From Candidatus Cloacimonadales bacterium (GTDB lineage Bacteria; Cloacimonadota; Cloacimonadia; Cloacimonadales; JAIOQZ01): a stretch of 64,000 nucleotides of DNA. Location: positions 320,001 through 384,000 of the forward strand of contig OY771587.1 of assembly GCA_963674825.1 (NCBI GenBank). Reading direction: 5' to 3'. Under the pieces are notes generated by a model. The model did not search any database. It saw only the letters and a list, made by a program, of their open reading frames with translations, and was not told the DNA's origin. Position numbers and translations under genes: made by a program. Of this stretch, positions 20,236-29,393 are shown in pieces. Each line of letters begins with the position of its first letter. Within the stretch, counting starts at the first letter, position 1.

Positions 20236-21588
20236 TTACAACTCAGTGCCGTCGATGATGGATTTGACGCGTTTGAGCAGGTCGCGTAGCTTGAATGGCT
20301 TCTGCATGAAATGTGTACCCTCGATAAGGATACCGTTTTTTGCGATCATGTCGTCAGTATAGCCGGACATAAAAAGGATCTTGGTTTTAGGAACAGCCTC
20401 GAGAATCTGCGCAGCCATGGCTTTGCCGCTCATCTGCGGCATGATAAGATCTGAGACGATCATCGCCACGCAATGCTTGTTCTCGAGCATTCGTCTGACG
20501 CCTTCCTCTCCGTTTCTGGCCTCGATAATATGGTATCCCTGATTGGAAAGCGCTTCCGATATTAGCTGACGCACATCGTCTTCATCTTCGACCACCAGGA
20601 TCGTCTCCGTACCGTGAATTTTCAACGGCTCGAATTTATACTGATCCAGCGGTTCAGCGTCTTCAAACACGCGCGGCAGGTAGATTTTGAATGTGGTACC
20701 CAAACCAGTTTCGCTATAAACCCATATCTGTCCGCCGGATTGACGTACGATGCCCCAGACCATCGCAAGGCCCAGCCCCGAGCAACGATTTTTGTCTTTT
20801 GTTGTGAAGAACGGATCGAAGATCTTGTCCTGCGTCTCTTTATCGATGCCGACGCCATTATCTGAAACTGCCAGCATCACGTAATTACCCGGGCTTACAT
20901 CCGGATGAGAATTGAGATACTGACCGTCGAACTGCACATTGGCGGTCTCGACCGCGAGCGTTCCACCATTGGGCATCGCGTCACGGGCGTTGAGAATGAG
21001 ATTTGTCATGACCTGCTCGATCTGTCCGGGATCAGCTTTCACATTGCCGAGGTTCTCATCCAGTACGATATCGACCACAATATCCTCACCGATCAGTCGC
21101 ATGAGCATATCGCTTACATCCTGCACCAGTTGGTTCAGGTTGAATACACGCGGTTGCAATACCTGTTTGCGGCTAAACACCAGTAGCTGGTTCGTAAGTG
21201 CTGAAGCACGGCCCACAGCCCGGTTCAGCTGGTCGATGTGGCGGTAGTTGGTCGTCGTGGGGTCGGCTGTCTGCATCAGGATTTCAACGGTCCCCTGCAT
21301 CACGGTGAGAAGATTGTTAAAATCGTGCGCGATACCGCCGGCAAGAAGCCCGACAGCTTCCATCCGCTGCGAGTGCCGCAGAATGTCGTGAAGCCGCTTC
21401 TGCTCCTGCTCCTGCTTCTCTATCTGAAGCAGGTTATCGAAATATTGTTCCTGTGTTGATTCGAATTCCTGCCGCGTAAGCATATTCTCATTTTGAACGT
21501 GCTTGAGCTGAATTTCAAGGTCTTCTATACGCTGCTGCAGCTTGCTGATCAGGCGCTCATTGTCTTTTCGTATTGCCCTGCGCTTCAT
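20236..21588 (-). CDS. Hybrid histidine kinase/receiver with N-terminal coiled coil only
   Basis: AGGIAHDFNNLL, NLILNARDAM, DNGVG, FFTTK, GLGL; receiver VEDE..D..SGY..KP; ATGA coupling to HDOD gene. Confidence 0.92.
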   Translation of the reverse strand: MKRRAIRKDNERLISKLQQRIEDLEIQLKHVQNENMLTRQEFESTQEQYFDNLLQIEKQEQEQKRLHDILRHSQRMEAVGLLAGGIAHDFNNLLTVMQGTVEILMQTADPTTTNYRHIDQLNRAVGRASALTNQLLVFSRKQVLQPRVFNLNQLVQDVSDMLMRLIGEDIVVDIVLDENLGNVKADPGQIEQVMTNLILNARDAMPNGGTLAVETANVQFDGQYLNSHPDVSPGNYVMLAVSDNGVGIDKETQDKIFDPFFTTKDKNRCSGLGLAMVWGIVRQSGGQIWVYSETGLGTTFKIYLPRVFEDAEPLDQYKFEPLKIHGTETILVVEDEDDVRQLISEALSNQGYHIIEARNGEEGVRRMLENKHCVAMIVSDLIMPQMSGKAMAAQILEAVPKTKILFMSGYTDDMIAKNGILIEGTHFMQKPFKLRDLLKRVKSIIDGTEL

Positions 21589-22442
21589 CCGAACCATCCC
21601 GCATTTTCCATTTTCTTGATCTCTGCAACAACTTCCTGAATGATATAATCCGTGGCCTTTTCCTTGATATCGAGATGACTCAGGCACCTTCTGAACATAA
21701 GCCTGTTACCATATGGCGTATCGCAGAAGCCAATTCCGTGACCCTGGCAAAGGTAATCCGCCATATATAGCGTCTGGACGATCCTGCCGATCTCGTTATC
21801 TGCCTTGAAGGGAGCGTGATGGAAGCGAACAGCCGAAACCAGATCGACCGGTAAGTTCCAGTTTTCGAGAAGGTCACCGGCTATTATAGCATGATTGTAT
21901 CCGAATACGCTGCTCTCAGCGTTGAGTATATTATCTTTCATCATGGGTTTGATATCGATCACTTCAAGAAACTGATTGTGCATGAATTGGTCTTCAACCA
22001 CAATCCCAATATTGTGCAAAATACCGGCGGCATATGCCTCTTCACCTTTGTGACCGAACTCCTGACGGTAAATGAACTTCGCACACAGCGCTACAGCAAC
22101 GCTGTTTTTCCAGAGCTCCATGCGCGAGAATCCATCTCTGCGCGTCCCATATTCGAACAGTTCACAGACTTTCTGGGATAGCGTAAGTTCTTTGACGACG
22201 TCAAACCCGACACGAACAATTGCCTGCCGGATCTCCGATATTTTTCGTGTGGATCCATAAAAAACGGAGTTGGCCCTGCGAAGGATTTTCCCGGATAGTG
22301 GTGGATCACGCTCAATTAACTCGGTAAGCTGCTTTGCACTGGTATGGGGATCTCCGACTAATCGCAGGATCTCGACGATCGAATTACGTATCGACGCGAT
22401 ATCGGACTGGTTAACCAGTTGTATCAGCTCTTGCAAATTCAT
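21585..22442 (-). CDS. HDOD domain protein
   Basis: DPPLSGKILRRANS, AGILHNIG, HAIIAGDLLENWNLP, FHH. Confidence 0.9.
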   Translation of the reverse strand: MNLQELIQLVNQSDIASIRNSIVEILRLVGDPHTSAKQLTELIERDPPLSGKILRRANSVFYGSTRKISEIRQAIVRVGFDVVKELTLSQKVCELFEYGTRRDGFSRMELWKNSVAVALCAKFIYRQEFGHKGEEAYAAGILHNIGIVVEDQFMHNQFLEVIDIKPMMKDNILNAESSVFGYNHAIIAGDLLENWNLPVDLVSAVRFHHAPFKADNEIGRIVQTLYMADYLCQGHGIGFCDTPYGNRLMFRRCLSHLDIKEKATDYIIQEVVAEIKKMENAGWFG

Positions 22443-22794
22443 TTCGGCGTATGCTCCACTTACAAATTCGTTGTTTTTGCAGATAATTACGATATCCCCG
22501 GGAAATTGTATTGAAATTACTCGATTCACATAAACGTGTCAATACTTTTTCTAATAGAAATGAACGTAACAAACAATATTCGGAATCGAATAATTCGAAG
22601 AATGACGTTACTCTGAACATTTTTCATCAGAACTTGCCACCATACTATATGACAACCTGATTTATATTCATTTTACTGTCAACCGTTTACTACAAACAGC
22701 AGGCCAGTTGATACCACATATTCTGTAATCTTTTCCTTGCCATGCCGTTTTACATGTGGAAAATGACATTTATTCTGAAGAAAAGGGGTTGTGC

Positions 22795-25626
22795 ATGATC
22801 AGAAAACAAAGCTTCAGCAGGATGCTACTGCTGACGATCATGATTATTACTACAGGCAGCGTGTTTGCATCAGGACTTGGCTACAATACGGCCCATAAAG
22901 TCAAATTGCTGTCTCGAGCCAGCTCGAATCGTACGGATATCGAGCTGATGAGCGAAGATTTCTCCGAAGGACTCGTAAACTGGGAACAACACGACGGAAC
23001 TTCGCCATACTACTGGAGCGAATGGTGGCACACAACATCGACTGGCGCATACGAAGGTGATTCCTGGTGGATGGGCGACGAAGATATCGTTGGCTATGAA
23101 AATCACAGGTATCTCGTTCTGGATACACCGGATGTTACTCTCCCCAGCCAGAATCCGACTCTTTCATTCATGCTCTCGTACAACCTCGAGCCTGGGAGCG
23201 AATATGAAGATTACGACGCATGGGACGGCTTCAACGTACGCATTAGCGACGACGAAGGTCTGACGTGGCAGGTCATCAACGGATCTCCCGCTTATACATC
23301 TTCGAGCTGCTACGGCTTCGGAAACGTCTTCGAAGAAGGGACCGGTGTTCCGGGCTGGACTGGAGACTCCGACGGCTGGCAACAAGCAAGCTTCAACCTT
23401 AACAGCTGGGCTGGGCAAAGCATACGTATCCGTTTCGCTTTTGCATCGGACGACAACTCCTGCACAACCGACGAAGACGGTAATTCCGAATGGTTCGGCG
23501 CACGCATCGACAACATAGACGTCGCTGGTGTTTTTACATCCAACGCCGATGGTGCCGAAGGCGACAGCCAGATGGTTCCGGCATTCAACATCGACATGAG
23601 CGGTGACTACTGGGAAGCTGTCACTGGCTATGACGGCGGACTCTCAGCCCACTGCCCCATCGAAAACAACCTCGTTGACGAGCTGATCTCTGCGTCAGTA
23701 TCCCTGCCTTCGGGCTACAATTGCTACCTCTCCTATCGCGCGCTTTGGGATCTTCCAGATTTCGACAGCGATAACGATGGCATGCTCGATGACTATTATG
23801 CCGTATATGTTAAAGGCGTGAACGAATACAGCTGGACTCGCATTCATTACAATTACTCTGACGGATCGCAACCAGCCTGGACGCTCATCGACAATAATTA
23901 CGCACAAAGCCACTTCCAGGCCAACGGAGGCGATTGCGACCTCTCGGTGTGGGCCGGCGAGACAATACAGATTAAATTCCAGCTTAATTCAGATGGCGAC
24001 GGTAATGCCGAAAACGCCAGCGGACTCTTTATCGACGACGTGAAGGTCTATTATCCGGTTGCGCTTCCCGTGCCCGAAAACCTCCAGAGCTATAACTCCG
24101 GTCAGACTGTCCAGCTTCTGTGGGACAATCCGGTTGGCGAAGCCGAGAATGGATGGCTTTTCTGGGACGATGGTGATATCGACAGCTATGTGGGGCTTGA
24201 CGCTCCCGCTGATTTCGAGGTCTGCGCACGATTCTTCGTTGAAGACCTTCTCCCCTATGTCGGTGGATCGATTACCCGTATCAAGTTCGCACCCGGCGAA
24301 GAAGACTGCGATTACTGGGTAAGAATCTGGGACGGATCTGGAAACATCCTGCGCGATCAGCAGGTCATGTATCCCGTTATCGGTGGCTGGAATCTGACAA
24401 TCCTTCAGGAACCGCTCGAGATCGAATTCGGGCAGGTTTTGTGGATTGGCTACCGGGCTCTTACAGAGACTGGACACCCCTGCGGAATGGATGCAGGTCC
24501 GTTTGTCGATGATCGCGGTGCATTTATCCGCATCGATGGCGGTGAATGGGCATCTCTTCCTGATGCATCGGAGCCAACGATCGACGCCAACTGGAATATT
24601 GAAGCTCTTGTAGAAACCGGCGATGGCCGTGCACTCCCAACTCTCTCCAAACGTACGAGTAGCTCCAATCGCTCCCTGAATGGCTATGAAGTCTATCGCA
24701 GAACCGTTGGAGGCAGCTATGGCGATCCGATCGTAACCATCGACAATGCAGACAACACATTCTATATCGACACCAATCCACCGGTCAATACACCGATCGA
24801 GTATGCAGTAACCGCAATTTTTGATGAGGGCACATCCGATTATTCAATTCCGGTAAGTAGCTTTATGCTGGCTCAAACAGCTATCGAATACAAGCACGAC
24901 GACGGAAATATGGAGTCATCCATTGAGCCGGGCTCAGGCGAGGAAATCGCGGTTTCGTTCGATATGGCGGAAGCACGACAACTCAAATACCTGCGCATTT
25001 ATCTGAACGAAGTCGGAAATCTACCGTTGGTGATCAAGCTTCGCTACACAGACGACGCGACCGGTATGCCGTCTAACGAAATCGACGACTTCGCGGTCCC
25101 AGCGGACGAACTAACAACCGGATGGAATTATATTCAGTTCCCGGGCATGCCGGTTCTGGAGGAAGGAAGCTATTGCATCGGCGTCATGGGGACTCCTCAA
25201 GTGTGCGCAATCGGTGAGGACACTACCGACCCGACAGGCTACAGCTTCTTTATGGATGGCAATTCCTGGGAGATCAACGACACCGGCAACTACATGCTGC
25301 GCGTGATCGCCGATACGCAGGTCGCGAACGACGACCCAGCCATTGTCAAGCCGGATTTCGCGTTCTCCAACCATCCTAATCCGTTCAATCCCGAGACAAA
25401 CTTCTCATTCTACCTCAGCCAGCCCGAAGAGGTCAAGCTCGAGGTGTTCAACATCCGCGGACAGAAAGTTATCACCCTGACGGATCAACACTTCGATGCC
25501 GGCCAGCACACCATAAACTGGAATGGCAAGGACCACTCCGGCAAAGCGGTCTCCGGCGGTGTTTACCTATCCCGCCTCACGACGAAATCGAATTCTGCGA
25601 TGCGTAAGGTGTTGCTTTTAAAATAG
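22795..25626 (+). CDS. Large secreted multi-domain protein (jelly-roll/adhesin-like and FN3-like modules) with FlgD-Ig/T9SS-like CTD
   Basis: Signal peptide; repeated W-GQ-IRIRF-F-SD..IDNI modules; HPNPFNPET...KVLLLK. Confidence 0.8.
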   Translation: MIRKQSFSRMLLLTIMIITTGSVFASGLGYNTAHKVKLLSRASSNRTDIELMSEDFSEGLVNWEQHDGTSPYYWSEWWHTTSTGAYEGDSWWMGDEDIVGYENHRYLVLDTPDVTLPSQNPTLSFMLSYNLEPGSEYEDYDAWDGFNVRISDDEGLTWQVINGSPAYTSSSCYGFGNVFEEGTGVPGWTGDSDGWQQASFNLNSWAGQSIRIRFAFASDDNSCTTDEDGNSEWFGARIDNIDVAGVFTSNADGAEGDSQMVPAFNIDMSGDYWEAVTGYDGGLSAHCPIENNLVDELISASVSLPSGYNCYLSYRALWDLPDFDSDNDGMLDDYYAVYVKGVNEYSWTRIHYNYSDGSQPAWTLIDNNYAQSHFQANGGDCDLSVWAGETIQIKFQLNSDGDGNAENASGLFIDDVKVYYPVALPVPENLQSYNSGQTVQLLWDNPVGEAENGWLFWDDGDIDSYVGLDAPADFEVCARFFVEDLLPYVGGSITRIKFAPGEEDCDYWVRIWDGSGNILRDQQVMYPVIGGWNLTILQEPLEIEFGQVLWIGYRALTETGHPCGMDAGPFVDDRGAFIRIDGGEWASLPDASEPTIDANWNIEALVETGDGRALPTLSKRTSSSNRSLNGYEVYRRTVGGSYGDPIVTIDNADNTFYIDTNPPVNTPIEYAVTAIFDEGTSDYSIPVSSFMLAQTAIEYKHDDGNMESSIEPGSGEEIAVSFDMAEARQLKYLRIYLNEVGNLPLVIKLRYTDDATGMPSNEIDDFAVPADELTTGWNYIQFPGMPVLEEGSYCIGVMGTPQVCAIGEDTTDPTGYSFFMDGNSWEINDTGNYMLRVIADTQVANDDPAIVKPDFAFSNHPNPFNPETNFSFYLSQPEEVKLEVFNIRGQKVITLTDQHFDAGQHTINWNGKDHSGKAVSGGVYLSRLTTKSNSAMRKVLLLK

Positions 25627-25668
25627 TAGAATGGAGACAGGAGTCTGAAGACTGAATAAAAGATTGAG

Positions 25669-25700
25669 AGCCGCTCATCGTTGGATGGGCGGTTTTTTTT
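25669..25700 (+). terminator. Intrinsic terminator
   Basis: GCCGCTCATC..GATGGGCGG followed by a T run. Confidence 0.8.
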
Positions 25701-25718
25701 ATTGAGAATGCAGGCATT

Positions 25719-25746
25719 AAAAAAGGCAGTCGCGATGGACTGCCTT
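25719..25746 (-). terminator. Intrinsic terminator of sppA
   Basis: AAAAAA-GGCAGTC..GACTGCC on the + strand. Confidence 0.75.
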
Positions 25747-25766
25747 ATATCATTTTCGAATCGATT

Positions 25767-28145
25767 CTACTCGTTCGTCTGAACCTCGTACGGCATCAGG
25801 TACAGGATTCCGTCATCTGACATTCGCATATACCTGTCAGCTTTATCGATCAGCATGTTCATTTCTTTCGGAAGCTTCGATTGTAGCCCCATCGAACTAA
25901 GCATACCCAAGTCGGCCTCAACTGTGATACCCTGCTTGTACTGAGGATACTCAATCAGGTTCAGCTTCTTTACATTCAGGCGATCCATCATGTGCTCAAT
26001 CGCTGTGTTAAGGCCACCCAGTTCATCAACCAGACCGCGCTCAAGCGCTTGGCGTCCGGTCCAGATACGTCCCTGAGCTACCGCGTGAACGTCTTCGACC
26101 GACATTCCTCTACCTTCGGCAACATGCCCGACAAACACGTCGTACATATGTTCGATCATCTCGTTGTATTTCTGCTTCTCGTCATCGGTCATTGGCCTCG
26201 CGATACTTCCAATATCAGCATGCTCACCGCGACGGATTGTTTCGTAATTGACTTTGATCTTATCCAACAGACCCTCGATATTGGGAACGATTCCCATCAC
26301 GCCGATGGAACCGGTAATGGTCATCGGATCCGCGATAATCTCGTCACCGTAAACCGCGATGTAATATCCGCCTGAACCGGCTACAGACCCAAAGGAGAAG
26401 ATCACTGGCCGATCGGTTTCCTTGAATAGCTTGATCTCGCGCGCGATCATATCCGATGCAAGCGCAGAGCCACCACCGCTGTTCACACGCACGATCAGAC
26501 CTGAAATCATCGGATTCTTACGCGCAGCGCGAATCGCCTTGCACATGGTGTCGGAACCGATGCTCTTTCCAGGATCGCCCTTACCCGTGTGAATATCGCC
26601 AACCGCGTAGATGATAGCAACGTCTTTTTCACGATCCTGCGCCCAATCAATCGGCATCGGATCGCTGATGTAACGCGGCATAATCATTGCATTCTTGCCA
26701 AGTGTATCCTTAATCTCGTCATCGTAGATCACCCCATCGATAAGGCCAAGCTCCAGCGCTTGATTAGCAAGATAAGGACCGCCGTCGATCAACTCACGAG
26801 CACTTTTGGTCAGTTTATCACCACGTCCGAACTCGATCATCTTCACAAACTCGTCGTACATGCCATCGAGAACCGTCGTAAGCGCTTCACGCTCCGGTCC
26901 TGTCATGGCGTTTTCGGAGAAGATGTTACCGGCTGTTTTATAGGCGTGGCTCTGGAAGTTCACAACTTCGATTCCTAGCGATTCCAGCAGATCATGCACA
27001 TAGGGCATCGAAATAGCCAGACCGCGCAGCTCGACATCGCCGATCGGATTCATGTAAATTCGATCAGCAATCGAGGCAGCGAATACATACTGTGAATTTG
27101 ACACGGTATCAAAGTAGAAAACAATCTCCTTGCCGGTCTCCTTGAATTTCAGGAACTCCTCGCGCAGCTCGTAGCTGTTGGCGAAATTGACCGACAGGTT
27201 ACTGCTGCGAATCAGGATACCATCGATATGTTCGTCCTCACGAAGCTTGCGGATCTTGTTGATCATGTGCGTGAGCCTGATCTGATCCTTGTCCATGAAG
27301 CGAAGCATACCGAATTCGGAGACTTCTTCGCGCTCCACCACTTCGCCGCTCATCTTCCAGTCGTAGAATTTCTTCTTGTTGAACATGACGCACGGCGAGC
27401 GGAACTGGAGATCCGAAAGATGCACGAACATAGCACCATCGGTGAATTCGTTGTCGTCATCGATGTAATTGACCGTTCCAATCTGCGTTCTGTCTGCTGA
27501 CAGCGCCAGACTCAGCCCGTAGGTTTCGCTGTCTGAGTCATACGACGCACCCAGGTACATGCCATTGATCGGTTCTACCTGCACGCCGAAGATCGGGTCG
27601 CCCCATTCCTCGTCAGTGTATTCGATGTCGGCTGTGAGCGTTACACGATCGATAAGCGGACGCAGACCCAACCCCGCACGATACACATGCTCTTTTGTAT
27701 CGTTCAGAATCTCGGCAGTGCCGCCTACTGATACCCAATCAATGGGCCGATAGAGCATCGAAAAACCTACCGCACCATGTGCGAAGTGGTCGTCCACCCA
27801 ATCCCAATGCGTGCCGAGATAGAAGTTATTGAACAGCTCTGACGACGACGCAAGACGATGATAGTTCGTCTTTTCGCTGCGACGGAAACTGTAACCAAGA
27901 TTATCGGTGTTAAAATAGAGCGAATAATCGCGGATGAAGCCGGTACTGTCATAACGTGCCTGATACCCCAATCCACTAGCTCTCCCGAATGCGAGTGCCG
28001 ACGGATTCACGTCAATTGCATGCATACCGTCTGTGGTCGCAACAGGCTGGAATCTCGCACTGATTTGCCCCCAGGTGACATCCGTCGCCCCGAGCACCAC
28101 CACGGCTGCCAGCATGAAGGCTAAAGCAAGCCACAATCGTTTCAT
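25767..28145 (-). CDS. sppA: Signal peptide peptidase SppA (two S49 domains) with extra N-terminal beta-rich domain
   Basis: AYKTAG (Lys), RVNSGGGS, AGSGGYYIA (Ser), TGSIGV, AQGRIWTG..A...GLVD; GGAGG RBS. Confidence 0.9.
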   Translation of the reverse strand: MKRLWLALAFMLAAVVVLGATDVTWGQISARFQPVATTDGMHAIDVNPSALAFGRASGLGYQARYDSTGFIRDYSLYFNTDNLGYSFRRSEKTNYHRLASSSELFNNFYLGTHWDWVDDHFAHGAVGFSMLYRPIDWVSVGGTAEILNDTKEHVYRAGLGLRPLIDRVTLTADIEYTDEEWGDPIFGVQVEPINGMYLGASYDSDSETYGLSLALSADRTQIGTVNYIDDDNEFTDGAMFVHLSDLQFRSPCVMFNKKKFYDWKMSGEVVEREEVSEFGMLRFMDKDQIRLTHMINKIRKLREDEHIDGILIRSSNLSVNFANSYELREEFLKFKETGKEIVFYFDTVSNSQYVFAASIADRIYMNPIGDVELRGLAISMPYVHDLLESLGIEVVNFQSHAYKTAGNIFSENAMTGPEREALTTVLDGMYDEFVKMIEFGRGDKLTKSARELIDGGPYLANQALELGLIDGVIYDDEIKDTLGKNAMIMPRYISDPMPIDWAQDREKDVAIIYAVGDIHTGKGDPGKSIGSDTMCKAIRAARKNPMISGLIVRVNSGGGSALASDMIAREIKLFKETDRPVIFSFGSVAGSGGYYIAVYGDEIIADPMTITGSIGVMGIVPNIEGLLDKIKVNYETIRRGEHADIGSIARPMTDDEKQKYNEMIEHMYDVFVGHVAEGRGMSVEDVHAVAQGRIWTGRQALERGLVDELGGLNTAIEHMMDRLNVKKLNLIEYPQYKQGITVEADLGMLSSMGLQSKLPKEMNMLIDKADRYMRMSDDGILYLMPYEVQTNE

Positions 28146-28315
28146 AATTCCTCCTTTGTTCTATAAGAAAACCCATTTTTTTAATGTCAATATAATAAAC
28201 GCGAACGAGCGATCGGCACTCATTCACTGTTATGGTACAACGGTACACCAATGCACTTAACGTGTCAAGAAGAATGTGTTAATTTTCAATTCCAAGTCGT
28301 GAATCATATGTGAAG

Positions 28316-28501
28316 TGACACGCGATTTGGCAGAAAAGTGCCATTGGTTTGGCAAATTCTGCCACAGGTTTGGCAACCGTGCCACCAGTTTGGCAAGCGT
28401 GCCACCAGTTTGGCAAAAAGTGACAGCGGTTTGGCAAAAATGCCACGGGTTTGGCAGAAAAGAGCCATTGGTTTGGCAAATTCTGCCAAACCAATGGCTC
28501 T
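28316..28501. repeat. Phased array of nine palindromic TGCCA-N6-TGGCA units, 20-22 bp period
   Basis: Units start at 28316 (degenerate), 28339, 28360, 28380, 28400, 28421, 28441, 28463 and 28484 (inverted). Confidence 0.9.
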
Positions 28502-28568
28502 ATATGGGTGTTTTTGAGCAGAAAAAAAACCTACCCAAAACGAGCAGGCCTGTTGATTTCCTTCGATT

Positions 28569-29120
28569 CTACTTATCACCACTCCAGACATACAGCTTCC
28601 CGCCGTATGCGACGACTTCCCCGATGACGCCCTCTTCAGGCAGCTCAGTGACCTCCGCGATGATGTCGGCGGTCTCGAGCTTGATATCGCCTTCAAGGGC
28701 GTGACCGTTGATCTTGGTGCGGGTCTCGACCTTGGCCGCGAGGGCTGTAGTGAGGCCGGATATCTTGCTCTGGGCGAGTGTCGGGATGCGGTCGGTGGCG
28801 AATGTGCCGGTAGCAACCTTTGCGGCGTCGAGGTCTGGTACGCGATCCACGACGAAGGCGCCGGTGGTGATTTTGGAGGTGTCGAGGTCGGGGATCTGGC
28901 TTGCTTCGAGGATGCCTGTTCTATTGCCCGGCTCGATCTGCGGGATCTGCTCGGTGATCAGCTTGCCGGACTTGTCGAGCTGCGCGATACCGTTGGCGAC
29001 GCCGAGTTGCCCGGAGTCGAGGATTTCCTGCCAGGTGCCTGCCCTTTGCGCCTTCGGCGCAAACAGCCGAGCGCCAGCATTGCCGCGAAGCGGCAATGCG
29101 TGAGCGGAAGCATTTACCAT
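28569..29120 (-). CDS. Phage tail-fibre-like repeat protein, probably a fragment
   Basis: GVANGIAQLDKSGK, three IPDLD-SKI-TG-type repeats, KINGHALEGDIKL; AGGAGG RBS; GC-richer than flanks. Confidence 0.6.
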   Translation of the reverse strand: MVNASAHALPLRGNAGARLFAPKAQRAGTWQEILDSGQLGVANGIAQLDKSGKLITEQIPQIEPGNRTGILEASQIPDLDTSKITTGAFVVDRVPDLDAAKVATGTFATDRIPTLAQSKISGLTTALAAKVETRTKINGHALEGDIKLETADIIAEVTELPEEGVIGEVVAYGGKLYVWSGDK

Positions 29121-29393
29121 GTTTCCTCCTTCGCTTCACGGCTACGAGCCGTCCGGTAGCTTCAACATTGTCGGATTCCGCCTTTGCAGGACCACGAAAT
29201 AGCCGTAAAAACTTGCTTGAGCGTTCCAGTTTAGATAAGCGTAGCTATGGATCGGAGTAACCTTGTATCCTTTTCCTTTCTCACTTTTTTTAGAAGGTAT
29301 AAGCGTTAATGATGGATAATAACATGGAAGCCTGGAAACGCGCGATTCGCAACTCGGGATGACACAAGTGAGAGTTTTTCGGTCTTCAGAATC

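Noticed and set aside
28316..28501. CRISPR array
   Set aside because: The period is only 20-22 bp with 4-6 nt between units; there are no unique spacers and no cas genes.
28279..28816. Short ORFs across the palindrome array
   Set aside because: Non-triplet repeat spacing shifts the peptide pattern between frames, and there is no convincing RBS.
28569..29160. Diversity-generating retroelement target (tail fibre plus hairpin)
   Set aside because: No reverse transcriptase or TR/VR pair was seen, and the hairpins are at the 5' end rather than downstream of a variable region.
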